Of a stretch of DNA of 64,000 nucleotides, positions 40,838 through 50,199 are shown in pieces. The notes beneath the pieces were generated by a model. The model saw nothing but the letters and a program-made list of their open reading frames with translations, did no database searches and was not told the origin of the DNA. Position numbers and translations under genes: made by a program. Origin of the DNA: Longimicrobiales bacterium (GTDB taxonomy: Bacteria > Gemmatimonadota > Gemmatimonadetes > Longimicrobiales > Gaopeijiaceae); the NCBI GenBank assembly GCA_965238005.1, contig OZ250165.1, positions 1,376,001-1,440,000 on the forward strand, read 5' to 3'. The stretch's first letter is position 1; every line of letters begins with the position of its first letter.

Positions 40838-42376
40838 ATTCTCGCCCACATTCGCTCTGCATCGGTGCATGGGGTCGAGAGCCGCTCCGTGTCGGTGGAG
40901 GTCAACCTCTCCGTGGGGCTTCCCGCCTTTGTCGTCGTGGGACTCCCCCAGGGAGCCGTCAGGGAGGGACGAGAACGGGTCGCGGCGGCACTCCAGAACG
41001 TAGGACACTCCCTGCCTCCCCGTCGCATCACCGTGAACTTGGCGCCGGCGGACGTGCCGAAGGAGGGGAGTGCCTTCGACCTACCCATCGCGCTCGCGCT
41101 TCTCATAGGCATGGGCGTCGTCCCACAGGATCGCGTGGAGGGCCTCTGCTTCGTCGGGGAGCTAGGACTGGATGGGCGTCTGAGACCGGTCCGCGGCGCC
41201 CTTCCCATCGCCGCGGGTTGCAAGGACCGGGGTGTGACCGGATTGGTGCTTCCGCTGGAGAACGCGCGGGAGGCGGCGGGAGTGGGCGGCATCCAGGTCT
41301 TCGGTGGCGATGGCCTGGGCAGGGTCATGGAGCACCTGACGGGAGGGCGCTCGCTGCCGCCTACGAGAGTGGATTCCGCTCGTCTCCTACGGGAGACTGG
41401 ACCCACGACAGCGGATCTCGCCGATGTTCACGGTCAGGAATTCGCGAAGCGCGCCATGGAGATCGCTGCCGCCGGAAGCCACAACCTGCTCCTGCTGGGA
41501 CCTCCAGGCTCGGGGAAGACCATGCTTGCCAGACGCCTCCCCGGGATCCTTCCCCCCCTCACCGTGGCCGAGTCCATCGAGGTTACGAAGATCCACTCGG
41601 TTGCGGGTCTGGTTCCGGCCGGAGGCTCCCTTCTGACGGGACGGCCTTTTCGAGCTCCCCACCACACGGTGAGTGATGCAGGTTTGGTGGGAGGAGGGTC
41701 GATCCCCAGGCCTGGCGAGGTCAGCTTGGCTCACCGCGGCGTCCTGTTCCTGGACGAACTTCCCGAGTACCGGCGTAGCGCACTCGAGGCCTTGCGACAG
41801 CCCTTGGAGGACGGGGTGGTGGCCCACTCGCGGGTGCGCTCGGCGCTTCGGTACCCGGCGCGATTCATGCTCGCTGGAGCCATGAATCCATGTCCCTGTG
41901 GCTGGCTTGGAGACGACTCGGGGCGGTGCGGCTGTGATCCTATGCGCGTACTCCGTTATCGATCGAGGGTCTCGGGTCCACTTCTCGATCGAATCGACCT
42001 TCACGTTGAGGTCCCGGCGGTGCCGTTCCGGAAGCTGTTCGAGGATCGGCCGGGTGAGGGGAGTGCCGTCGTTCGCGAGCGGGTTGCCCAGGCCCGTCAC
42101 CGTCAGATCGAGCGCCTGCGCGACTCGTCGAGGGTCTTCGCCAACGGTCAGATGGGTCTGGCCGATATCCGCAGCCACTGTCGCCCCTCCGCCGACGTCG
42201 CCCGCCTGCTTCAGCGGGCCCTGGACCGACTCCGGCTGTCGGCTCGGGCGTACCACCGGATCCTCAAGGTGGCCCGGACGATCGCTGACCTCGATGGCAG
42301 CGACGCCATCACTCCCACCCATGCGGCGGAGGCGGTGCAGTATCGAAGCCTGGACCGGCAGCGTATGGGAGCCTGA
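40838..42376 (+). CDS. comM: YifB/ComM Mg-chelatase-like AAA+ ATPase
   Basis: VVVGLP...EGRERV, NLAPAD, GPPGSGKT, RAPHH, LFLDELPE, LDRIDL; homology extends up to an ATT at 40838 behind GGAGG. Confidence 0.92.
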   Translation: MLAHIRSASVHGVESRSVSVEVNLSVGLPAFVVVGLPQGAVREGRERVAAALQNVGHSLPPRRITVNLAPADVPKEGSAFDLPIALALLIGMGVVPQDRVEGLCFVGELGLDGRLRPVRGALPIAAGCKDRGVTGLVLPLENAREAAGVGGIQVFGGDGLGRVMEHLTGGRSLPPTRVDSARLLRETGPTTADLADVHGQEFAKRAMEIAAAGSHNLLLLGPPGSGKTMLARRLPGILPPLTVAESIEVTKIHSVAGLVPAGGSLLTGRPFRAPHHTVSDAGLVGGGSIPRPGEVSLAHRGVLFLDELPEYRRSALEALRQPLEDGVVAHSRVRSALRYPARFMLAGAMNPCPCGWLGDDSGRCGCDPMRVLRYRSRVSGPLLDRIDLHVEVPAVPFRKLFEDRPGEGSAVVRERVAQARHRQIERLRDSSRVFANGQMGLADIRSHCRPSADVARLLQRALDRLRLSARAYHRILKVARTIADLDGSDAITPTHAAEAVQYRSLDRQRMGA

Positions 42377-42465
42377 TCAACAGGGGTACCGAAGCCGAGC
42401 GGTCCACACTACCATGAGTCCATGCATCTCCAGACCACACCGTCACACGTCAGGCCCCGTGGCTC

Positions 42466-43470
42466 GTGGCGACGGAGAGGCCGGTGACGGCCTCGATCGT
42501 CCGGGTCGCCGTCCAGGATACCCCGGCCGATTCCGCGGGAGCAGCCGTGGCCCAGGGCATCGACTTTCTGAGCAGGGGGTTGTTGCTGGACAGCCTCTCG
42601 TGGAGGAAGATCGGCCTCACGGCCGTCGTCCTGCTCTTCGTTTGGCTGCTGCGGCGGGTCCTGCAGAGAGTCGTTCAGAGCACCATCGAGGACCGCGCTC
42701 TCCGGTACCGGCGGGGGAAGACGATCGCCTACGTCACGTGGGTGCTGGCAGCGCTGTTCATCGCGTCCATCTGGGTGGAGGGGCTCCGGCAGGTGGGCAC
42801 CTTCCTCGGCCTGATCGCCGCCGGCGTGGCCATCGCCCTGAAGGACGTCCTCGTCGACCTGGCCGGGTGGTTCGTCATCGTGACCAAGCCCCCCTTCCAG
42901 CTCGGGGATCGTATCCAGGTCGGAGAGCACGCCGGTGACGTCGTGGACATCTCTGTCCTTCACTTCACGCTCAATGAGATCGGGAACTGGGTGGCGGCGG
43001 ATCAGAGCACCGGAAGGGTCATCCAGATTCCCAACGGGAAGATCCTCACCGAGCCCATCGCCAACTACACGGCCGAGTTCCCGTATCTGTGGCACGAGAT
43101 TCCCGTCGTGATCACGTTCGAGAGTGACTGGCGCAAAGCCAAGGCGATGCTCCTGCCTGTCGTCCAGGAAGAGACGAAGGAGGCCAGTGAGCGAGCACGG
43201 GAATCGCTCAAGCGGAGCCCGAGCCGAATGCTGATCTCGTACGGCACCGTCACCGCCACCGTCTACACGTCGGTCGTGGATCATGGGATCTGCCTTACAC
43301 TCCGCTTTCTCACCGATCCGCGCCGACGACGCCAGGCTCATCAGGCTCTCTGGGAGGCCGTACTGCACATTGTCGACAAGGAGCCCGACATCGATCTGGC
43401 CTACCCCACCACGAGGATCGTGAGCCTGGGGCAGACCCCGCTCCTCGCTCCCACCTCAGATCGAGAGTAG
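42466..43470 (+). CDS. mscS: Small-conductance mechanosensitive channel family protein
   Basis: Three TM helices, PFQLGDRIQVG, IPNG, AYPT; start position uncertain. Confidence 0.88.
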   Translation: MATERPVTASIVRVAVQDTPADSAGAAVAQGIDFLSRGLLLDSLSWRKIGLTAVVLLFVWLLRRVLQRVVQSTIEDRALRYRRGKTIAYVTWVLAALFIASIWVEGLRQVGTFLGLIAAGVAIALKDVLVDLAGWFVIVTKPPFQLGDRIQVGEHAGDVVDISVLHFTLNEIGNWVAADQSTGRVIQIPNGKILTEPIANYTAEFPYLWHEIPVVITFESDWRKAKAMLLPVVQEETKEASERARESLKRSPSRMLISYGTVTATVYTSVVDHGICLTLRFLTDPRRRRQAHQALWEAVLHIVDKEPDIDLAYPTTRIVSLGQTPLLAPTSDRE

Positions 43471-43596
43471 TCCTCACCCGCTCGGGGTTCTGGCCCACTC
43501 GGGGCCCCAGCCGGCGGGATCATGCGTACCGTGCACTGGCGTCGTCCGTGTTGTCGTGGCCTGGTATGGAGCCCGGGGCAGTGATATGTTGGTCCC

Positions 43597-43771
43597 GACA
43601 AGAGAACCACAACGCGGGCGAGGCATCTCGGAAGCCGGTGAGACTCCGGTACGGCCCCGCCACTGTGTTAGGCCCGGCCCATGAGGGCTGGAAAACGCTC
43701 CCTTGATACACCACCACTGGGGAAGCCCCTGGGAAGGTGAGGAGAGCGGCCTTGAGTCAGTAGACCTGCAC
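43597..43771 (+). promoter_or_regulatory. Cobalamin riboswitch
   Basis: GGAAGCCGGTGAGACTCCGG, CCCCGCCACTGT, CCACTGGG...CTGGGAAGG, B12 box GAGTCAGTAGACCTGC; downstream hairpin covers the SD and GTG of the receptor gene. Confidence 0.93.
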
Positions 43772-43806
43772 GCCCGCGCTGACCAAGCACTCTTCGAGGG
43801 GAAGGC

Positions 43807-45969
43807 GTGCGGGCTTTTCATTTATGGGCAGCCACGAGAATGGCCGTTGCGGCCGTTCTGGCGTGTGCATTTCCTGCGGCCGGGCAGTACCCGGGGGAGC
43901 TACTCGGCCGAGTCATCGACGCGACCACGGGCCTCCCGGTCGTGGACGCCCTGATCGTCCTGCCGGCCTCTCAGCGGGTAGGCCATTCGGATGGCTCGGG
44001 CGAGTTCCACCTGAGGGCGCTCGATCCCGGCGACCAGGCGATTCGGATCGAGCATCTCGGGTACGCGACTCTCGTCGGCGAGATCCGGGTCTGGAACGGG
44101 TTCATAACCCGGAACACATACCTACTCCAGCCGGCGCCCATCTCTGTCGATTCCCTCGCGGTCCAAGTCGAAGGTCTGCGATCCGTGGGCGTCCATCGCA
44201 TCGTCCGGGCCGACATCCGAAGCTCCGGGGCGCGGACGGCCGGTGACGTGGTGGCCACGGCTCCCGCCGTGGTCGTCCGTCGCGAGGGGGTGGCAGGAGC
44301 CCAGACCGCCTCCATCCGGGGCAGCTCCGCCGACGCCGTCCTGGTGCTTCTGGACGGAGCGCCGCTGAACGATCCCATCACGGGTGAGGCCGACCTCTCC
44401 CGGGTGGCTGCCAGTGCGATCCAGGAGATCCGAGTCGTGGCCGGGGGGGCGACCTCCCGCTTCGGTCCGGGAGCGGAGGGGGGAGTGATCCTTATCCGAA
44501 CCGCCGATGCTCCCACGGCCTTCGGGGTCCGGGTGGGCGTGGGGTCGTTGGGGCGGATCGAGGTGTCGGGGGAGGGGGGTCTCGAGGTGGGGAAGGCGAG
44601 GCTCGGGCTCGGGGTCGAGGGCCTTCGGACTGACGGGGAGTTTTCCTTTACCCAGGCGCCCGAAGTGGGTGGTGTGGACGCCATTCGCCGAAACGCCGAT
44701 GAAAGGCACCTGGCTGCCTGGGCGAGCCTGTCACTACCGGGTGAGGGGAGCGAGACGCGGTTTCGGCTGGGTGTGGAGTCGGTTCACCGAGGCCTCCCGG
44801 GCAAGGAGTTCGCCCCCTCGACCTTCGCTCGCCAAGAAGCGGTGCGAGCGCGCGGTTCGGCGGCCTGGAGTGGGAGACTGGGCGGCGGCCGGGGGGATGT
44901 GGCGGGCTACCTGCACCTGGATGGCTCAGCGTACCGTGATCCGGAGCCGCCGGTGGGACTGCCGTTCGATACCCGAACCCGTGTGACTACCGCCGGCGCG
45001 AGGGGCGATGTGAGCTGGGAGCCTGGTATCGATTGGCTCTCGGAGATGTCCCTGGGAGCTCTCGCCAGCGTCCAGCGGGTCAACTCGGGGGCACTCTCCG
45101 TTTCGGCACCCACGAGTCGCAAGGCCGTAAGCGTCAGCGCCCGTGGGTCCCTCGCTCCCGCCGCCCCCCGCACGAAGATCGAATTGACGGCAGCAGGCCA
45201 TTGGGATGGCCTGGCCGGCCGGTGGCGAGGTACCCACGACGTAACGGTGAGCCTCGGTGGACCGGGACTCTCCTTCCACGCAGCCCAACGGAGCAGCTTC
45301 AGCCTGCCCACCCTGGGAGACCAGTTCTTCAGCGAGGGGGTCGCCGTCGCGCCGAACCCGGATCTAAGAGCCGAGCGCGTGCCGTGGGAGTTAGAAACCG
45401 GAGTAGAAGTGCGGGGTCGGCGGGGGAGGTCCGTGTTGGCAGGGGGAGCCTCCGTGTATCGGGGAGACGTGATCGACATGATCGTCTGGGCTCCTGACTT
45501 TCGCTTCGTATGGGGGCCCAGAAACGTCGATGTGAACCGCTGGGGCCTGGACGCGTGGGGGGAGGTGACGCGCTCCCTATCGTCCGGTGTCCTGCGTGCC
45601 TCGGCGAACTACTCCATGACCACGGTGACGTACGACCGTCCCGATCCCGTCCCGGTCCAGGTCATGTACCGCCCCCGCCACAGCGGGGCGGCTCTGTTGG
45701 GCCTGACCGCGGGAAGCTGGGACGGGCAGGTGGGCGTGAAGCTCACCGGGGCACGCCTTCCCGTCGCCTCGCTGGTGAACGAGCTTCCGGCCTTTTGGGC
45801 GACGGAGCTACGGTTGGCCAGGCGCGGGAGGCTGGCCGGAAGGGAGTACCGGGCTGCCGCCCAGGTCGATCGACTCTTCGACCGGAAAGACACGCTGATT
45901 TTCGGCTATCCGCATCCTGGACGGACGTTGAGCATAACGGTGATCCTCGGCGCGGGAGACGGGGGTTGA
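43807..45969 (+). CDS. btuB: TonB-dependent receptor, BtuB-like
   Basis: Signal peptide, carboxypeptidase-regulatory-like domain, plug ASIRGS...VLVLLDG, NPDLRAE, C-terminal YPHPGRT; under a B12 riboswitch. Confidence 0.85.
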   Translation: MRAFHLWAATRMAVAAVLACAFPAAGQYPGELLGRVIDATTGLPVVDALIVLPASQRVGHSDGSGEFHLRALDPGDQAIRIEHLGYATLVGEIRVWNGFITRNTYLLQPAPISVDSLAVQVEGLRSVGVHRIVRADIRSSGARTAGDVVATAPAVVVRREGVAGAQTASIRGSSADAVLVLLDGAPLNDPITGEADLSRVAASAIQEIRVVAGGATSRFGPGAEGGVILIRTADAPTAFGVRVGVGSLGRIEVSGEGGLEVGKARLGLGVEGLRTDGEFSFTQAPEVGGVDAIRRNADERHLAAWASLSLPGEGSETRFRLGVESVHRGLPGKEFAPSTFARQEAVRARGSAAWSGRLGGGRGDVAGYLHLDGSAYRDPEPPVGLPFDTRTRVTTAGARGDVSWEPGIDWLSEMSLGALASVQRVNSGALSVSAPTSRKAVSVSARGSLAPAAPRTKIELTAAGHWDGLAGRWRGTHDVTVSLGGPGLSFHAAQRSSFSLPTLGDQFFSEGVAVAPNPDLRAERVPWELETGVEVRGRRGRSVLAGGASVYRGDVIDMIVWAPDFRFVWGPRNVDVNRWGLDAWGEVTRSLSSGVLRASANYSMTTVTYDRPDPVPVQVMYRPRHSGAALLGLTAGSWDGQVGVKLTGARLPVASLVNELPAFWATELRLARRGRLAGREYRAAAQVDRLFDRKDTLIFGYPHPGRTLSITVILGAGDGG

Positions 45970-46029
45970 GCCCCAGGGACGCACAAGGGGTTGAGCCCCG
46001 ACAAACATCCGACAGGGCCGAGCCCCGAC
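45962..46029 (+). repeat. Three short palindromic direct repeats GGGGTTGAGCCCC(GAC)
   Basis: Copies at 45962, 45987 and a variant at 46015. Confidence 0.75.
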
Positions 46030-46079
46030 GATATCACACGGGAGCCGGAGCTCCCCACGATAGGAGAAAGGAAGTGGGC

Positions 46080-47168
46080 ATGCAGCGGATCGACGCGTGG
46101 ACGTGGAGGATGAGCCGCGGACGGGCCGGGAGGCAGATGAGCTTTGGGCTGGTTCTGCTTTCTTCGTGTCTCCTCCTGGGATGCCATGAGGACGCGGCGG
46201 CGCCTGATCGGCTCGTCGAAGAAGAGATCGGGGTCGTCGTCAACAGTCTGGACGTGTCCCTCACCGTGTTCTCGGTGGACGAGCCGGATGCGCCCAATAC
46301 CATCGGCCTGTCGCCTGCCGGATCTCCGGTAGGCCTGGCCCTTCGCGGCTCGCTGGCCGTAGTTCCCCTCGGCTTCGTTCCGGCCGTTGCGGTGGTGGAC
46401 TTGAGCTCTGGGATTCTGCTGCAGACGATAGCCTTGCCCGAGGGGTCAGGGGCTACCGGGGCGGCTTTTCTGACCGACGCCCTGGTCTTGGTGGCCAACC
46501 CCAATCTCAACTCGGTCTCCCCCGTGAACATCGTGACGGGAGCTGTGGCGCCCCCCATCCCGGTGGGTGGCTTTCCGCAGCACGTAACCGGCATAAGCGG
46601 CCAGGGACTCGTGCTCAACGCGGAGCTCGGGCCGGATTTCCTCCCGGAGGGTCCGGGAACGGTCTCCATCATCAGCGGGGCGAGTCTCGCGGTCGTAGGC
46701 ACGGTTCAGCTCTCGGGGGAGAACCCGAGCGGTGCCGCGGTGGGGCCCGATGGCCTCCTCTACGTAGTCAACGCGGGACGATTCGGTGCGGGAAATGGGA
46801 GCCTGTCCGTAGTGGACCTCGGGAGCATGACCGAGGTCGCCCATCACACCGGCTTCGGAGAGTTCCCGGCCTCTCCCGCGTTCGGGGTCGACGGTAGCCT
46901 GTACTTCTCGTCCTTCTCCTTCGGGATCGGCGCCTGGAGCCCAGCCTCATCGTCGTTCATACGGGCGCCGGAGGACGCCGTTGCACCGGAAGGCCTTGGT
47001 AGCAGTGCGGGAGTCGCCTTCGACGGAGATGGGAGGATGTACGCCCTCCGGCCGGACTGTGTGAACCCGAGCGCGGCGATCCGCCTGACCCAGGACTTCG
47101 CCACCGAAGCGGTGGTTCCCACCGGCATATGTCCCATCGCCCTTGGGTTCACACACGTCGACCGCTGA
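46080..47168 (+). CDS. YncE-like beta-propeller lipoprotein (candidate BtuG-like B12-binding protein)
   Basis: Lipobox LLLGC; repeated blades (LYVVNAG...GSLSVVD, NSVSPV...IPVGGFP). Confidence 0.7.
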   Translation: MQRIDAWTWRMSRGRAGRQMSFGLVLLSSCLLLGCHEDAAAPDRLVEEEIGVVVNSLDVSLTVFSVDEPDAPNTIGLSPAGSPVGLALRGSLAVVPLGFVPAVAVVDLSSGILLQTIALPEGSGATGAAFLTDALVLVANPNLNSVSPVNIVTGAVAPPIPVGGFPQHVTGISGQGLVLNAELGPDFLPEGPGTVSIISGASLAVVGTVQLSGENPSGAAVGPDGLLYVVNAGRFGAGNGSLSVVDLGSMTEVAHHTGFGEFPASPAFGVDGSLYFSSFSFGIGAWSPASSSFIRAPEDAVAPEGLGSSAGVAFDGDGRMYALRPDCVNPSAAIRLTQDFATEAVVPTGICPIALGFTHVDR

Positions 47169-47356
47169 GGAGTTGAGCCGTTTTTCTCCGACGCGGGTTA
47201 GGTTGTTACCTCTGCGGGATCCCGGTAGCTTCTCGCAAGGTTCCTCTGTCACGGGCCACCTGGCAGCGGGGCGTGGCCGCAAATCGCAGGGTGGCGTAGT
47301 CGTTCTTGTGGAAGGCCCGAATCATTGTTGAACAGTCCAGGGTGTGATCTGCAGCC

Positions 47357-47917
47357 ATGCGTCTCTTCGTAGCACTCAGCTTGCCCAAGAAGGAGAAGGA
47401 CCGAATCTATCGCGCGGCCCGCGTGCTTCGGGAGTCGGAGCTCCCAGTGCGCTGGGTGGAGCCCGAGAAGTACCACCTCACTCTGAAGTTCCTGGGTGAC
47501 GTCTCGGAAGACCGAATCGAGTCCGTGGAAGAGGCGGTAGTGCGTGTCGCGCTGACGACGGGTGCCTTGGATATCGCCGTCGAGGGCTTCGGGGCCTTTC
47601 CCACGATTCGCCGGCCACGCGTGATCTGGGTCGGAGTCGAGCCCACTCCCGCTCTGCGTGCTCTGAAACAGGATCTCGAGTGGGCTCTCACCGACTCTGG
47701 GTTCGGGCGAGAGACCAGGGCGTTTCATCCCCATCTCACCCTGGGAAGGGCGGAGGCCCGCAACGGTGCGGGAGCCTTCCGCGGGCTCGACGAGAAGGCG
47801 GCGGCCCTCACCTACAAGGGTGAGATCACGGTTCGAAAGCTCGACCTGATGCGGAGTCATCTCTCGAAGGCAGGAGCGCGCTACACCCTTCATCGCAGCT
47901 CTGCGTTCGAGGGGTAG
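47357..47917 (+). CDS. thpR: RNA 2',3'-cyclic phosphodiesterase (2H family)
   Basis: MRLFVAL and two HxT motifs: HLTLKFLG, PHLTLGR. Confidence 0.95.
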   Translation: MRLFVALSLPKKEKDRIYRAARVLRESELPVRWVEPEKYHLTLKFLGDVSEDRIESVEEAVVRVALTTGALDIAVEGFGAFPTIRRPRVIWVGVEPTPALRALKQDLEWALTDSGFGRETRAFHPHLTLGRAEARNGAGAFRGLDEKAAALTYKGEITVRKLDLMRSHLSKAGARYTLHRSSAFEG

Positions 47918-47919
47918 CC

Positions 47920-48582
47920 GTGCTCGGACTCGGCTGCCTCAAGAGCTGCCTCGGGAAGATTGTTTTCGCAGCTCTCCTGGTGGCCGCCGCTCTGGCAGGA
48001 TGGCGATGGGGTCCCTCCGTCTTCCCGGAGCTGGCGCCATGGTTCTCCAGCGGGGATGACGTTGCCGAGATCACGGCGTCCCCGGAGCTCGCCGCGGCCA
48101 CGATGGACCGGTTCGAGGCGTTGCGGCGAGGTGAGGCCGGAGACCAGCTGGCGTTGAGCTCGACCGAGATCGTGTCCATCCTGCGGTATTCGGTCCCGGG
48201 GATCGTACCGGAAGGGATCAGCGAACCGCGGGTGGAGATGGCAGACGGGGTCGTCACCCTGACCGCTCGCGTCGCCGTCGAAGCGTTCCCCCGGCTTCCG
48301 AATCTGAACGCGGTTTTGGGTTTTCTGCCCGATACGCTCGAGGTATCCCTCGAGGGTGCTCTCGCTCCCCTGGAGGACGAGCGTTGGGATGCCCTCGTCG
48401 TCCACGGCGTGCGGGCCGCCTTCATACCGGTTCCGGACCGCATGATTCCCGAGATCCTCGAGGCCTTCGGGAGAGAGTACGTGGCGGGGCTTCCCGACGG
48501 TGCCATCGCCATCCCGCTTCCCGACGGGCTCAAGACCGCGTACATCCTCCGCGACAGTCTGGTACTCGTCAGCGACCGCTGA
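47920..48582 (+). CDS. Hypothetical membrane-anchored protein
   Basis: Coupled between thpR and the regulator gene; N-terminal TM helix. Confidence 0.7.
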   Translation: MLGLGCLKSCLGKIVFAALLVAAALAGWRWGPSVFPELAPWFSSGDDVAEITASPELAAATMDRFEALRRGEAGDQLALSSTEIVSILRYSVPGIVPEGISEPRVEMADGVVTLTARVAVEAFPRLPNLNAVLGFLPDTLEVSLEGALAPLEDERWDALVVHGVRAAFIPVPDRMIPEILEAFGREYVAGLPDGAIAIPLPDGLKTAYILRDSLVLVSDR

Positions 48583-48607
48583 GGCGACAGAACGAGCCGA
48601 CACCCTC

Positions 48608-49969
48608 ATGTCACGAATCCTGATCGTCGACGACGAAGAGTCCATCCGACACGCCCTCAGGCAGGTCTTCGAGTATGAAGAGCACGAGGTGATGACGGCA
48701 GCGGACGGTCCGGAGGCGATCGAGCTGTTCAAGTCGTTCGCGCCCCACGTCACCTTCTTGGACGTGAAGATGTCGGGCTTGGACGGTCTCGAAGTGCTCT
48801 CTCGCATCCGCAAGGTGGACCCGGGCGCCCACGTGGTCATGATCAGCGGTCACGGCACCATCGACACGGCCGTCGACGCCACCCGCAAGGGGGCCTTCGA
48901 CTTCCTGGAGAAGCCCCTGGACACCGATCGGCTCCTCGTCAGCCTGCGCAATGTTCTGGAGCTCCGAGGCCTCACCCAGAGTGTCGGGCTGCTTCGGAGC
49001 GAGGCCGACGACCGCCACAGGATCGTCGGGGCCTCAGCCTCCGTCCGGGGGGTGTTGGAGCGAATCGAGCGGGTGGCGCCTACCGATGCCCGCGTGCTCA
49101 TCAGCGGTGAGAACGGAACGGGCAAGGAGCTCGTGGCGCGCGGCATCCATCGCCTCTCGGCCCGGGAGCAGGCTCCATTCATCGAGGTCAACTGCGCCGC
49201 GATTCCCGCAGAGCTCATCGAGTCCGAGCTCTTCGGCCACATCAAGGGCTCCTTCACCGGTGCCGTGGCAGATCGAGCGGGGAAGTTCGAGCAGGCACAC
49301 GAGGGCACCCTGTTCCTGGATGAGATTGGGGACATGTCGTTGGCCGCTCAGGCAAAGGTGCTTCGGGCCCTCGAGGAGGGTGTGATTACGCGAGTGGGCG
49401 GATCCAAGGCCATCCAGGTGGACGCCCGGGTGATCGCCGCCACGAACAAGGACCTTCCGGAGGAGATCGCCGAGGGACGATTCCGGGAGGATCTCTTCTA
49501 TCGGCTGAACGTCGTACCCATCGTGGTTCCTCCGCTGCGGGAGCGACCCGAGGACATTCGGCCCCTCGTCGCCCACTTCGTCGGCCAAGCCGTGGGGGTC
49601 ACCCACGTCGCCCCGAAGATCCTGGAGGAGGAGGCGCTCGCCCGTCTCGAGGCTCTGGATTGGCCTGGCAACGTTCGGGAGTTGAGGAACACGGTGGAGA
49701 GGCTGCTCATCTTGTCGCCGGGCGAGGCCGTGAGGGCGGCGGATGTGGACTCCCTGGTGGCCGGTGCGACCGGCGGTGACGGCTTTGGGGGGGCGCTCTT
49801 GGGGATACACACCTTCGGCGAGTTCAAGGAACAGGCCGAGCTGGTCTACATCACCCACAAGCTCCGCGAGAACGACTGGAACGTTAGCGAAACGGCGCGC
49901 CAGATCGACATGCCACGCTCCAACCTTTACAAGAAGATCGAGAAATACGGCCTCACACGGGACGATTGA
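48608..49969 (+). CDS. Sigma54-dependent response regulator (NtrX/NtrC family)
   Basis: REC domain (ILIVDDE), GENGTGKE, GSFTGA, LFLDEIG, WPGNVREL, Fis-type HTH. Confidence 0.95.
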   Translation: MSRILIVDDEESIRHALRQVFEYEEHEVMTAADGPEAIELFKSFAPHVTFLDVKMSGLDGLEVLSRIRKVDPGAHVVMISGHGTIDTAVDATRKGAFDFLEKPLDTDRLLVSLRNVLELRGLTQSVGLLRSEADDRHRIVGASASVRGVLERIERVAPTDARVLISGENGTGKELVARGIHRLSAREQAPFIEVNCAAIPAELIESELFGHIKGSFTGAVADRAGKFEQAHEGTLFLDEIGDMSLAAQAKVLRALEEGVITRVGGSKAIQVDARVIAATNKDLPEEIAEGRFREDLFYRLNVVPIVVPPLRERPEDIRPLVAHFVGQAVGVTHVAPKILEEEALARLEALDWPGNVRELRNTVERLLILSPGEAVRAADVDSLVAGATGGDGFGGALLGIHTFGEFKEQAELVYITHKLRENDWNVSETARQIDMPRSNLYKKIEKYGLTRDD

Positions 49970-49998
49970 GGGATCCGGCAGGTCGTGCTGTCAGACGC

Positions 49999-50021
49999 CT
50001 AGGAGCCTGTCAGAGTCCTAG
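49999..50021. other. Probable IS scar: CTAG-GAGCCTGTCAGAGTC-CTAG
   Basis: 15 bp between two CTAGs; its ends resemble the IS termini GAGTCTG and CAGACTC with one mismatch each. Confidence 0.45.
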
Positions 50022-50199
50022 TGTCCCGTTACCAAAGTGTCTCGGCCAGTCGAGGGCACGGTGCATCCGCGGGCTCGGCGTTGGAACTCCTGGCGACCAC
50101 GCTTCGCGCGGTGCCCGCTTGGGCTACGCCGCGTCGTCCCGCCTTGATCCCACGGCGCCCCGGCCCTCTTGGTGGCTCGCGAACTTTGGCAACGGAACC
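50022..50199. mobile_element. 178-bp MITE, copy B
   Basis: TIR TGTCCCGTTACCAAAGT / ACTTTGGCAACGGAACC; CTAG on both sides. Confidence 0.9.

Noticed and set aside
45962..46029. CRISPR array
   Set aside because: Repeats of 13-16 bp and spacers of 12-15 bp are too short, and there are no cas genes in the window
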